A stretch of DNA of 63,157 nucleotides, the filler included, from Octopus bimaculoides (Eukaryota): assembly GCF_001194135.2 (NCBI RefSeq). It is 6 parts of 6 records of this genome, joined end to end, with 100 filler letters (N's around TTAATTAATTAA, not from the genome) between each part and the next. Parts side by side here need not be neighbours in the genome. Positions count along the whole stretch, not along the records: positions 1 to 23,510 come from NC_069007.1; positions 23,611 to 32,948 come from NC_068994.1; 4 more parts are not named here. One strand, written 5' to 3'. Of this stretch, positions 12,894 through 24,689 are shown piece after piece. The first letter of the stretch is position 1; the number at the start of each line of letters is the position of its first letter. The notes beneath the pieces are model-generated. The model did not search any database, was not told the origin of the DNA, and saw only the letters and a program-made list of their open reading frames with translations. Made by a program: the position numbers and the translations under genes.

Positions 12894-13577
12894 AANNNNN
12901 NNNNNNNNNNNNNNNNNNNNNNNNNNNNNNNNNNNNNNNNNNNNNNNNNNNNNNNNNNNNNNNNNNNNNNNNNNNNNNNNNNNNNNNNNNNNNNNNNNNN
13001 NNNNNNNNNNNNNNNNNNNNNNNNNNNNNNNNNNNNNNNNNNNNNNNNNNNNNNNNNNNNNNNNNNNNNNNNNNNNNNNNNNNNNNNNNNNNNNNNNNNN
13101 NNNNNNNNNNNNNNNNNNNNNNNNNNNNNNNNNNNNNNNNNNNNNNNNNNNNNNNNNNNNNNNNNNNNNNNNNNNNNNNNNNNNNNNNNNNNNNNNNNNN
13201 NNNNNNNNNNNNNNNNNNNNNNNNNNNNNNNNNNNNNNNNNNNNNNNNNNNNNNNNNNNNNNNNNNNNNNNNNNNNNNNNNNNNNNNNNNNNNNNNNNNN
13301 NNNNNNNNNNNNNNNNNNNNNNNNNNNNNNNNNNNNNNNNNNNNNNNNNNNNNNNNNNNNNNNNNNNNNNNNNNNNNNNNNNNNNNNNNNNNNNNNNNNN
13401 NNNNNNNNNNNNNNNNNNNNNNNNNNNNNNNNNNNNNNNNNNNNNNNNNNNNNNNNNNNNNNNNNNNNNNNNNNNNNNNNNNNNNNNNNNNNNNNNNNNN
13501 NNNNNNNNNNNNNNNNNNNNNNNNNNNNNNNNNNNNNNNNNNNNNNNNNNNNNNNNNNNNNNNNNNNNNNNNNNNNN

Positions 13578-14281
13578 CCAGTCGAAGGTCACCATGCATC
13601 ATGAGGATTGTATTGTCCTAGTATTTCTGTCCTTTGAATTCCTTTTATTTCATTCCAAGTTACAATATGGTCGAGAAATGGATCGGTCTGGTTACGGAGA
13701 CAAATCGACGAGCAAATTTCATATCTCCGCATCTTTTGATTTTCCTTTAAATCACATGGTACCCATTTATCAAGCTCTTTGGATTTTTCCAATCGCATGC
13801 AAATGGTTGCAGGCAGTTTTCTCGCTAACTTGAAGTTCTTGAGTGGTTTTACGTGGATCTTTCTCAATGATGGTCTTTAATTGACCGTCATTGATGACAG
13901 GTGGGTGTCCACTGTGCTCACAATCTTCAAGTCTCAGGTCCCAACTGTGAAATTGTTTAAACCATTTTCGAGGTGACCACTCACTGGTCATTTCGTCACC
14001 AAATGTTTCGTTCATATCGCGAGCAGTTTCAGCTGCTTTACGTCCTTTTTTTAAGTTGAATAGCAAACTTGCTCGAATATCACGCTTTGACAGATCCATT
14101 TCAGATGACTGTAACAACGGTGAAAAAAAATCAATGTTAATTTATTGATGCATTTGGGAAAGTCTATGTGTGTATTATCAGACAGCTGCAAAAAAAATGT
14201 TTTAAAAATATTCAAAACTCTGAAAAATCTGGCACAAATTCTCCATGGTTCAAAACGTTGCTTACTTTTTACTCAACCTGA
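13578..14281 (-). mobile_element. Mariner transposon 5' half
   Basis: N-terminal HTH region (KKGRKAAETARDMNETFG), WVPCDL (WVPHEL motif), and a terminal TCAGGTTGAGTAAAAAGTAAGCAACG next to TA. Confidence 0.88.
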
Positions 14282-14539
14282 TATATATGGTAGACTAGCA
14301 GAATAAGGCTTTGTGGGATTTCTTCTCACTCTAAATTCAAATGCTACCGACTTNNNNNNNNNNNNNNNNNNNNNNNNNNNNNNNNNNNNNNNNNNNNNNN
14401 NNNNNNNNNNNNNNNNNNNNNNNNNNNNNNNNNNNNNNNNNNNNNNNNNNNNNNNNNNNNNNNNNNNNNNNNNNNNNNNNNNNNNNNNNNNNNNNNNNNN
14501 NNNNNNNNNNNNNNNNNNNNNNNNNNNNNNNTATAGGAT

Positions 14540-15340
14540 CCAGTTAGCTCAAGACATCATCAGGAGGAACCACATCCTGTTTCGGCCCCTACTCCTCTAC
14601 CATTTTGACATGGCAGGGCCCCCCCTTTCGGAGGTGTCTTCAGCTCTGGTGTTGAGTGCATGTCTTCTTTCTTCTGTTCCCTGGCCTATTCGATGCAGCA
14701 TCAATGAGTGTCAGTGGCCGACTGACTGTCTTGTCAAATTTCCCTTTAAATACCTACTGCTAGGCTCCAGCAGGCTGCCCATTATTGCTATTAAGCGGAA
14801 TTTACATGTAGGCTGACCAGTCTTACTTAGAAATAAGTGAAGAGGTGGTGTCCCTGAATGGTTGGATAGAGATAGCAAGCAATTACATTGCTTCTGTCAC
14901 ATATTACCTACCACCTGACTGTCATGTCTTGCCTTAGTTGTCATCTGACCAAATTGGCTCAACCGCTTTTTCACTTCTTGAAGGAGGGACATGCTCCACT
15001 GATCACAAGATTTATCTGCTGAAAATTGTGATTTTATCTGCTGTCAATTTCCTATACATGGAAGACTCAAGTAAACTATGGCTGTTGATGTACAGACATA
15101 CATTTCGATTGGGTCATCCTGAGAGATTTTAGACGATGAAAGCAGAAGTCATCTGTCAGGCAGGACAATAGACTTCAGCTAGACATATTCATGGCTCAGA
15201 TTTATCAATTGTACATTTTTGTTCATATAAATATGAACTGCCATTGCTTGGTCAGGGTGCATTGAACAATAACATTTTTCACTTATATGGTGGATTCTTT
15301 ACCAGTCTTAACAATGAGCATTCCGTCGTTTGATTCATGA
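14540..15340 (-). mobile_element. Heavily decayed RTE-type LINE fragment
   Basis: Frameshifted peptides resembling RTE RT and post-RT regions (KTGKES..VKN, QEVKKRLSQFGQM, SRPLTLIDAA). Confidence 0.5.
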
Positions 15341-15423
15341 TAGGTAACTGCCTAGATTTGAACTCTCTTACTCAGGTTCCCAATTTAGAACCATAGCCTA
15401 AATATATTTCCATAAAGACACGA

Positions 15424-15625
15424 GCGGCGAGCTGGCAGAATCGTTAGCATGCCGAGTGAAATGCCTAGCGGTATTTCATCTGCCGTTACGTTCTGAGTTC
15501 AAATTCCGCTGTGGTCAACTTTGCCTTTCATCCTTTCGGGGTCGATTAAATAAATACCAGTTACGCACTGGAGTCGATGTAATTGACTTAATCCTTTTGT
15601 CTGTCCTTGTTTGTCCTTGGGCAAT
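15424..15625 (+). mobile_element. SINE family 2 (Deu/Nin-domain-like), near full length
   Basis: GGCGAGCTGGCAGAATCGTTAGC head and GCCTTTCATCCTTTCGGGGTCGAT..TAAATACCAG, which resembles the Deu/Nin conserved SINE domain from recall. Confidence 0.8.
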
Positions 15626-16239
15626 AAAGAAATATATATTTCCATAAAAGACACAACCAGCTCTGTGAACCTAATTATATCAACATAAAATGTATGAACG
15701 CCTGCGTAAATGTTTTTCGATCAATCAGTATTGACTGACATATAGAAATTAAGAGAGGTTAACTTTTAAAAAATAGTTATGTAAAATCTCTCCAAATTGT
15801 ATTTCTGAAGGTTCCAGAAGCTTTGCTAAGTGTTATAAACAGATTGAGCCCTTAGCGCCACCAAAGATGCTGCATGGAATTTTGTCACTTTGTTCCATGA
15901 TATTTGCTCTCATTTTCTCCCACAAGTTTCTGCATACTTTGTATACCATGTTTGTCAAAGGATAATAGACATTGTCCTGTAATGCCAACATATATACATA
16001 CATATCTATATAACTGTTGCTAATATATATATCTATATACATTTGAACATCTTCCTATATAATTATCTGCCTTGTTCTATTAATAATAATTATGTACATG
16101 TGTCACATGAGTGTTAACTAAAACATTATTTTTGTCTTATATATTGCAAAGTTTTAAATATTACATACAAGCTGGTATGTTTTACAATAAATTCAATTTA
16201 TATATGACGGTTACCTGACGGTTAAATATGACGGTTACC

Positions 16240-16605
16240 TGACCACAACAGAATTATGCTGCTGTGGATGCCACTGGATGACAGACATCTAGTGATGATG
16301 TTACTCCACACTTTCCAATCTATGGTGCTGGCCTTTGCATGCTTGAGCTCAATGTTCTACAACTTCAGGTCTTCCTCAACTTGTTTCACATATCATCTTT
16401 GGTACTCTGTGCAAGATTCTCCAGGTTTTGGGTTGCTGCTGTCACAAAAGTTGATGTGGTAGTCTTCCAGTGCTCACCCTACAGTCGTGGCCAAACTGCT
16501 GTAGCCTGCACTGCTGGACTTGGTCTTCAATGGTCAGCTAATGCTGTTGGTATTGTTCTTGGATGTTGTTGTTTGAGATTTGGTCGTGTAGAGATACCAA
16601 CAAGC
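16240..16605 (-). mobile_element. RTE LINE 3' end fragment
   Basis: Minus strand RLQQFGHDCRVSTGRLPHQLL...KQVEEDLKL...TIDWKVWSNII, similar to the RLRWFGHV..RLPK..DL..DR..W C-terminus of RTE ORFs. Confidence 0.75.
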
Positions 16606-16613
16606 TGATGAAG

Positions 16614-16750
16614 GTACAAGGTACGAAGTACAAGGTACGAAGTACAAGGTACGAAGTACAAAGTACAAGGTACGAAGTACAAAGTACAAGGTACGAAGTA
16701 CAAAGTATGAAGTACAAAGTACAAGGTACGAAGTACAAAGTACAAGGTAC
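16614..16750. repeat. Heptamer satellite GTAC(A/G)A(A/G), 19.5 units
   Basis: Exact 7-nt periodicity built from the units GTACAAG, GTACGAA and GTACAAA. Confidence 0.95.
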
Positions 16751-17214
16751 TAGGCTAGAATTTGTGGGTGCAGACAACAATACTTGGTGGACACTTCAAT
16801 TCATTGACTTTGTAAGATGAAAGACAAAAGTAATCCTTGAGAGATTTTAATGTCCTGAGTTCAAATCCCACAGGAGGAAGCTTCACCTTAAAATACCTAT
16901 AAAAAAAAACATGCCAAAAGAAAACAATGGAAAAGCAATGAATGACATAAGAATCATGCACTCATTTTATTTCACAGGTGGACAAAAACTGTTATGAGAA
17001 GCAACAAATGAGAAAGATTATTTGTCTAATTGAAGACTTAACGAGAAACTATGTTAGCCACTTGTGTCGACTTTGTCAACACTTGTATTTGTGTGTGTCA
17101 TGTGCTTCAGTATGTCTCTGCGTGTTTGCGTGTACATATTTGTGTTGCCATCTCAAAGTGTGTGTATCTGAGTGCAGATGTGTGCATCTGTGTGTATGTG
17201 AACAAGAATGTTTA

Positions 17215-17300
<86 letters not shown>

Positions 17301-17302
<2 letters not shown>

Positions 17303-17900
17303 CGCAGGTGTGGCTGAGTAGTAAGTAGCTTGGTTACCAACCACATGGTTCCAGGTTCAGTCCCACTGTGTAGCACCTTGGGCAAGTGTCTTCTATCATA
17401 GCCTCAAGCCAACCAAAGCCTTGTGAGTGGATTTGGTAGACAGAAACTGAAAGAAGCCCGTTGTATATATATCATCATCATCGTTTAATGTCCGCTTTCC
17501 ATGCTAGCATGGGTTGGACAATTTGACTGAGGACTGGTGAAACCGGATGGCAACACCAGGCTCCAATCTAATTTTGCAGATTTTCTACAGCTGGATGCCC
17601 TTCCTAATGCCAACCACTCAGAGAGTGTAGCCACTCAGAGAGTATGTATGTATGAATGTATGTATGTATGTATGTATAAATGTGTGTGTGTATGCTTGTG
17701 TATCTGTATTTGTCCCCCCAACATCGCTTGACAACCGATGCTGGTGTGTTTACGTCCCCATAACGTAGCAGTTCGGCAAAAGAGTAAGATAGAATAAGTA
17801 TTAGGCTTACAAAGAAAAAGTTCTGGGGTCGATTTGTTAGACCAAAGGCGGTGCTCCAGCATGGCCGCAGTCAAATGACTGAAACAAATAAAAGAAAAGA
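17301..17900 (+). mobile_element. SINE family 1 with a nested repeat (17471-17630) in its internal microsatellite
   Basis: Head at 17301-17470, insert starting ATCATCATCATCGTTTAA, SINE body resuming at about 17690. Confidence 0.85.
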
Positions 17901-17918
17901 CTATATTTATGTACATAC

Positions 17919-17950
<32 letters not shown>

Positions 17951-18065
17951 TCAGTCCCACTGCGCGGCATCTTGGGCAAGTGTCTTCTACTATAGCCTCG
18001 GGCCGACCAAAACCTTGTGAGTGGATTTGGTAGACGGAAACTGAAAGAAGCCCATCGTATATATG

Positions 18066-18100
<35 letters not shown>

Positions 18101-18316
18101 ATGTTTGTATGTGTGTGTTTGTCCCCCCAACATCGCTTGACAACTGATGCTGGTGTGTTTATGTCCCCGTAACTTAGCGGTTCGGCAAAAGAGACCGATA
18201 GAATAAGTACTAGGCTTCTAAAGAATAAGTCCTGGGGTCGATTTGCTTGACTAAAAGGCGGTGCTCCAGCATGGCCACAGTCAAAAGACTGAAACAAGTA
18301 AAAGAGTAAAAGAGTA
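17951..18316 (+). mobile_element. SINE family 1, slightly 5'-truncated, in tandem with the previous copy
   Basis: Sequence identity with the other copies. Confidence 0.9.
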
Positions 18317-18329
18317 TATATATATATAT

Positions 18330-19620
18330 ACGTATATATATGGTGGTTGTCTACTCCTTATGCAGAGTTTGACCACTTCCTGTACCTACACCTTAGAACC
18401 ATCATGGCATCTGATGTGGCTATTTAAACCAGACAAGGTATTGAAAAGACACCCAGATAGATTGCATATCCGATTTGGACCACCAAGAGCTGCAGATAAG
18501 TTCTGATCATTGTGGATCTTAAAATGTTTTTTGAGGCCTCTGTTACATTGGCAAACCTTCTGGCATACACTGCATTCAAAGGTGTGTACAGACATACAGG
18601 CAGAATAGCTGGCAGAGGTTCGTTTTCCATGGGTTCACAAATGAGATTTGAGCCCAGTTAAAGACAGGCATGGTCTGTCACAAACTGTACACAAAAAAGG
18701 TCATTGTCATTCCCCTTCTCGATTGTAACATTCTTCCTTAGATCTCTTTTGAGCCTTACATGCATTATCCTGGCCTCTTCAAACACTTTCACTCCACTCC
18801 ATACTTTTGTTCGCCATCCAACTCGATCCGAAGCAAGGGTTTCTATGTCTTCTGGATCCATTCCAAATGACTTCATAGTAGTCCTTATGCCGTCCTTAAA
18901 CCTTTTTTTTAGATTTACGCCGATAGCATTTCCCTCTGCAAGCTCACCATAAAACAGCTGTTTCGGCATGTGTTCACCCACCATTCAAACAATATGGCCA
19001 CACCATCTCAATTTGGTTCCTCAAAATCATAGCTTTAATTGTGGTGATGCCTGCAAATGCAAGAACATCTGTGTTTGGATAAAAGAACTCCATTTAATGT
19101 TTAAAATGCGATGAAGGTATTTTTGGTGGAATTGTTCTAACAATTTAAGATACCTTTCATAACAAGTCCATGATTCACAAGAATACAACAGGGATGGTGA
19201 GACAAATGATTTGTAAAGAGCCAGCTTTGTATTCTTATTTATATATCACTGGCATCAAACGCATGACTCCAAGTCACCAAATGCTTTTGCTGGCCTTTGA
19301 ATTTGCAGATGTATTTCTGTATCATCATTTTGTACAGATAGATGAAGGTAGATAAACGAATCAACAACCTCAAGTAACTTACCCTTAACAAAAGTTTTAG
19401 GGGGCAGTTACAAACAGACACCACATGCAGGTTGATGCATTACAGCTGTCTTTTTCAAGTTGATGGGCAAGCCAAAATCATCACAAGCTGAGTCAAATGC
19501 AGATACAAGAGATTGCAGACCTGTTTCAAAATGACTGACAAAATCGTAATCGTCAGAGTATAAGAGTTCCCTCATGAGCTCATGAGGTAAGCTATCCCAT
19601 TCCAGACGCCAAACCGTCAC
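18330..19620 (-). mobile_element. RTE (BovB-like) LINE, 5'-truncated, ending in three C2H2-like fingers
   Basis: ELLYSDD (RT motif), LEQFHQKYLHRILNIKW, LRWCGHIV, MPKQLFYGEL, DRVGWR, then CTVCDRPC..KSHL*TH, CSVCQKVC..KKHFKIH and CNLSGC..NSHIRCH. Confidence 0.9.
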
Positions 19621-19774
19621 TCAAAAACTCTATAAATTGATCAAATATCACTCCGGTGACCGACGTGGAGTAGCTCATTCATACATATAAAAAAAAAAAG
19701 AGAAGTAAAGTATGATATGTGATTTGAAAATGTAAATAAGAATTAAATATAAATAATATATATAAATAGGAAAT

Positions 19775-20024
19775 ACTTATTCTATCGATCTCTTTTGCCA
19801 AACCGCTAAGTTATGGGGACGTAAACACACCTGCATCAGTTGTCAATCGATGTTGGGAGGACAAACAGACACACAAACACACAAACACACACACACACAC
19901 ACACACATACGACGGGCTTCTTTCAGTTTCCATCTACCAAATCCACTCACAAGGGTTTGGTTGGCCCAAGGCTATAGTAGAAGACACTTGCCCAAGGTGT
20001 CACGCAGTGGGACTGAACCTTATG

Positions 20025-20025
<1 letters not shown>
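19775..20025 (-). mobile_element. SINE family 1, partial
   Basis: Reverse complement of the family body and head. Confidence 0.85.
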
Positions 20026-20061
<36 letters not shown>

Positions 20062-20677
20062 TCACACAAATATACATGTATGTCTGTGTGTGTGGAAACA
20101 ACCCAAAATAGGTTTACAAGAGCTCAACACTTGACCTCTATAGAAATAAAATTCAAACATTGTTTGGTGGCTGTATGGAGTGGGTGTAGGGGTGAATGCA
20201 ATATTTAATTACTGTCAGGTGTGAGATCGCTTGGTGATGGAAAGGTGATAGAATGGTGATGGTGTAGTTGGTGGTAGTAATGATGATGATGATGATGGTG
20301 AGGAAGATGGTATGGTGGGTGAGATGGTGGTGCCAAAAAGGAGAAGTGGACGAACAGGACGGACATAATTAGAAAAAGACAAGAACAAAAGCAAACAAAA
20401 CATACCCGCATATACACACATGTCCAGGAAAAAAAAGAGAGAGAAGAAAAAGATATAAAACAAAAAATAAAAAAACAACAGCAAAAAAATAAGAAAACTA
20501 GAAAGGAAGAGAGTAAGAAGGGGAAGAAGAGTGAAGAATAAGCAATATCCACCTAAAATAGAGGAAGAATTAAATCTCCATATTTCTAATATAACTCTTA
20601 ACCGGGATGGAAATTTCAGGGAGAAATTTTGCGATTCCATTTGGATTTTAAATTGAAAAGTTCTTTATCATTATTAG

Positions 20678-21098
20678 CAGGAGTGGCTGTGTGGAAAGTA
20701 GCTTGCTTACCAGCCACATGGTCCCAGGTTCATTCCCACTGCATGGCACCTTGGGCAAGTGTCTTCTACTATAGCCTCGGGCCGACCAAAGCCTTGCGAG
20801 TGGATTTGGTAGACGGAAACTGAAAGAAGCCCATCGTATATATGTATATATCTCTCTATATGTATGTGTGCGTATATGTTTGTGTGTCTGTGTTTGTCCC
20901 TCCAACATCGCTTGACAACCGATGCTGGTGTGTTTACGTCCCCGTAACTTAGCAGTTCGGCAAAAGAGACCAATAAAATAAGTACTAGGCTTACAAAGAA
21001 TAAGTCCTGGGGTCGATTTGCTCGACTATAAAGGCGGTGCTCCAGCATGGTCGCAGTCAAATGACTGAAACAAGTAAAAGAGTAAAAGAGTAAAGAGA
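20678..21098 (+). mobile_element. SINE family 1, full length
   Basis: Complete head-to-tail copy ending in AAAAGAGT repeats. Confidence 0.92.
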
Positions 21099-21594
21099 GA
21101 GTATTTGGAGATTTTTCATTTTTTTGTTCTTGGTGGGGGAGGATTTACGAATAATGATAAAGAATTTTCTTAATGTCAATTTTAAGAATGTTAATGTTAA
21201 ATTAATATGTTTCTTAATATGTAATAGTGCTATGTAGAAGACTTCTTGGCAGACTTTTGGAAAAGCCGTCCCACTTAAGTTGGGATTTTTCTATTTTTCA
21301 CCAAGGATTTTTTATCTTATATTTTACTTTTATGCATCATGCCCTTCTAAAGAATGATCGGGGCAACCGTTTTAAACATCTGATCCCATCCCATGTTCAA
21401 ACTGATCAGATCCAGCCTCCCACACCTACTCTACAACGTCACAGTAAAAAATAAACAATCACATCATCAAAATCTCATAGCTACAGAATAATGCATGATT
21501 AATTCAAAACAATGTGAATAAATAAGAATTATATTTGAGAGAGTAGTCTGAATGCTACAGGGTTAATGGCAGAATTTCCTTTTCTAAAAAATAC

Positions 21595-21729
21595 CTGTGT
21601 TCTTCAAAACTTCTTCACAACATTCCATCTTTTCACAAGCATCAGAGTGCAAAGGACTCCTCATGAACGCAGGTTCGTGAGATGGTTGTGATCTGTAAAC
21701 AGTTTTGAGTAACGATGTGCATGTGCACA
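21595..21729 (-). CDS. Possible 135-nt internal exon of an unidentified minus-strand gene
   Basis: Pyrimidine-rich tract plus CCAG acceptor, donor CAG|GTATTT, length divisible by 3, one open frame (xCTCTSLLKTVYRSQPSHEPAFMRSPLHSDACEKMECCEEVLKNT). No recognisable homology. Confidence 0.3.
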
Positions 21730-22288
21730 CTGGATTCGTAAAATGGGAGCGAATAAAACATAATGCACATGTCAAAACAAAAGGAGAGAAGAATAAAAAC
21801 GCAATGTCAAACAAGTTATATGATGGTCTGTATGTCATATCTGACACCACTATTGTGCAGTTTTGCTGCAATTTTCTTGTTTAGTATAACCCCTTCTTTC
21901 TTTCTTTCTTTTTTCATATAGTTAATTTTTTTCATCCCAAAATCTTTCTCCTTTTTTTTTACACTTTTTTCCATTCAACACAAGAAGTAAAAATGAAATG
22001 AAAAATAATAGTCGAACCACATTTACCTTACGTTTATGAATTTTATAGGGATGAAAAAATTTTTTTGTTCCATATTATTGCCATTCTTATTTCTATATGA
22101 TTCAGAGATAAAATCAAAATTTATTAAGACTTATCTGATCTGTTCAACTGAATATGAGTTTAGGCTATCCATGTTGCTTTTTTTTTATTGAGCCAATCAG
22201 TTTCGATTCACAGGCACAAAAACGACCCTTTCCTCTGTCAAAGGAAAGGAATATTCATGTAGAAAATATGCAGACAAAAATGTTCCAC

Positions 22289-22423
22289 AGTTCTATATTT
22301 AAGAGATGAGGAATTATTAACATTATTTACATTATTTACATTTGACGGATATTTGTCCTCATCTTGTTAATGTCAAGATGAGGACAAATATCCGTCAAAT
22401 GTAAATAATGTAAATAATGTTAA
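22289..22423. repeat. Foldback repeat family copy 2 (50-bp perfect arms, 7-nt loop)
   Basis: Arms at 22317-22366 and 22374-22423. It is flanked by the direct repeat AAAAATGTTCCA (22276-22287 and 22423-22434). Confidence 0.9.
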
Positions 22424-22924
22424 AAAATGTTCCATGTTTAAACCATAATGAAGAAAAATTTCTGCAACTAATTCATTCATCTGCATAAACTATAATCTCT
22501 GGAAGAATGATTTGAATGATTTTTTTCCTAATGTTTCAATACCTCCTAATTGTTTTTTCAGTCCGTTAGCATCTTACTTCTTCAGGCTTCTCTTAAGAAA
22601 ACTCATGCCATTGCATGGTACTTTCACTTTCTTTTCAAAATCCTTGTACTTCAAAAGTGTTCTAAAACTATATATATTTCATTATGTGTTTCATTACCCT
22701 CAGAAATTTAGTTCTGGTGGTATATTTGTGGTTTTTACTTTTTAGTCAGGTCATTTTCCATCTGAGGTAAATCCGTATTAATGTGAAACTGTTCTTTTTT
22801 TTTTTTTTGTGGGACAGTGGAGTGTTTTAGTGTTAGGGCATTCAAGTGGAAAACAACTCTAATATGTGATGCATTCCATAAGTTTTGAGAAACACAGACA
22901 CAAAGAAATGCACTGATAGATATC

Positions 22925-23380
22925 AGTGTTACATGCCAGCGGGACGTATAAAGTGCCTTTTGAGCATTGGGCCTCACAGAGGCAATGACAAATGACCGAC
23001 ACCTTTGGCATTATGTACTGCTTGAGAAGAAAACCCCTCAAGCCAAGTGAAATCATAGTCAAGGCAGATACTGGTGTCACGCAACTGGCACTTATGCCAG
23101 TGGCACATAAAAGCACTCATTACACTCTTGGAGTGGTTGGCGTCAGGAAGAGCATCCAGCCATAGAAACCATGCCAAATCAGACTGGAGTCTGGTGCAGC
23201 CCCTCAGCTTGCCAGCTCTGGTCAGATCCTCCAACCCATGATAATGATGATACAATGGGCTTCTTTCAGTTTCCATCTACCAATGCTTTTTCACAATGCT
23301 TTGGTTGGCCCAGGGCTATAATAGAAGACACTTATCCAATGTGCCACATGGAGGGACTGAACTCGGAACCATGTGGCTGG
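22925..23380 (-). mobile_element. SINE family 1 head plus the same nested repeat seen at 17471
   Basis: Head at 23253-23380. The insert shares GGATGC(C/T)CTTCCT(A/G)A(T/C)GCCAACCACTC and an (ATC)n junction with 17471-17630. Confidence 0.8.
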
Positions 23381-23436
23381 TTTAAAAAAAATTCTATTTT
23401 CCTGTTTTGCTATATATAATGTGTATGCTTGCATGC

Positions 23437-23510
<74 letters not shown>

Positions 23511-23554
23511 NNNNNNNNNNNNNNNNNNNNNNNNNNNNNNNNNNNNNNNNNNNN

Positions 23555-23566
23555 TTAATTAATTAA
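23555..23566. other. Artificial scaffolding linker TTAATTAATTAA in 100-nt gaps (also 32993, 49882, 59044, 61018)
   Basis: Identical 12-mer with stops in all six frames, centred in 44N-12-44N spacers. Confidence 0.95.
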
Positions 23567-23831
23567 NNNNNNNNNNNNNNNNNNNNNNNNNNNNNNNNNN
23601 NNNNNNNNNNATATATATGTATGTATGCATGTATGTATATGTTTGTATTTAGGTATGTATGCATGTATACATGTTTGTATGAAGACAGAGGTGATGTTCA
23701 GATAAAGATCTGGACAAAATTGACAGAAATGAATAAAGCAATGCTGCCACCATTAGAAATAATTTTCTATAAAGGTTAATATCATAAGAATGACCGAGAA
23801 GAGGAGGATATTGTAAATAGTAACATTACGA

Positions 23832-23884
<53 letters not shown>

Positions 23885-24689
23885 GTATTTTCAAAGTTAG
23901 AGAATGGTTGGATGTTTAAGAAGCTCGTTTTGTAACCATGTGGCTTCGGGTATGTCCCTATTGTGCGGCACCCTGGGCAAAATTCTTCTACTATAATCCT
24001 CCGGGTCTAAACACTCATCTACGTGTAGTTCAGTTTTCACTCCTACTGTGCTGCTCTTTGTGGGGAGAAAACGGCCTCGCTCGACTGAAGCCTTGTGAGT
24101 GAATTTGGTAGACGGAAAACTGTCTGAAAGGNNNNNNNNNNNNNNNNNNNNNNNNNNNNNNNNNNNNNGTGTCCCACCAAAATGTATTATTTGAAGTGAC
24201 TATAAATATAGTTTTAAAATACATTTCATTTTCAAAGTTTAAGAGAATTTACAGACAGAATTTTATTTTTCATGAACGCCTGTTTTCAATCTCATGACGT
24301 TCCGGTCCTGACACTGCAAATAAGGCGAAACGTTGAAATCGCGAACGTCAAGAAATATTTTATTCGCCATTTTTGCGCATTCTCGTTCAATGGTCGCCCT
24401 CAATTCGTCGCCCTCAATTCGTCTCGTTCAATGGTCGCCCTCAATTCGTCGACTTTATCTTTTAAGTATCTCCGTAAACAAGTATAGTGGTATGATGTCC
24501 GATGAACGCGGAGTATATTCTATAAAACCTCTTCGTCCGATCCATCTATTTTGCAAAATCTCGTTAAAAAATGTACTGCGTTGCTTCATTCGACTAAAAA
24601 CCTTTCAAAGCGGTGCCTCATTATGACCATAATCCAATGACTGAAACAAGTAAAAGATAAAAATAAAAATAAAGGATAAAAGAATGTAG

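Noticed and set aside
16606-16630. CTGATGA next to the heptamer array
   Set aside because: There is no proper stem II, GAAA or stem I partner.
21620-21690. Plus-strand CKGLLMNAG as a possible Reeler exon 2
   Set aside because: It is only superficially like FKGFLLQAR, stops after two more codons, and has no suitable phase-1 acceptor.
23511-23610. Recurrent TTAATTAATTAA islands between N runs (5 occurrences)
   Set aside because: Each sits in an exact 44N-12-44N spacer and encodes stops in all six frames. This is an assembly linker, not biology.
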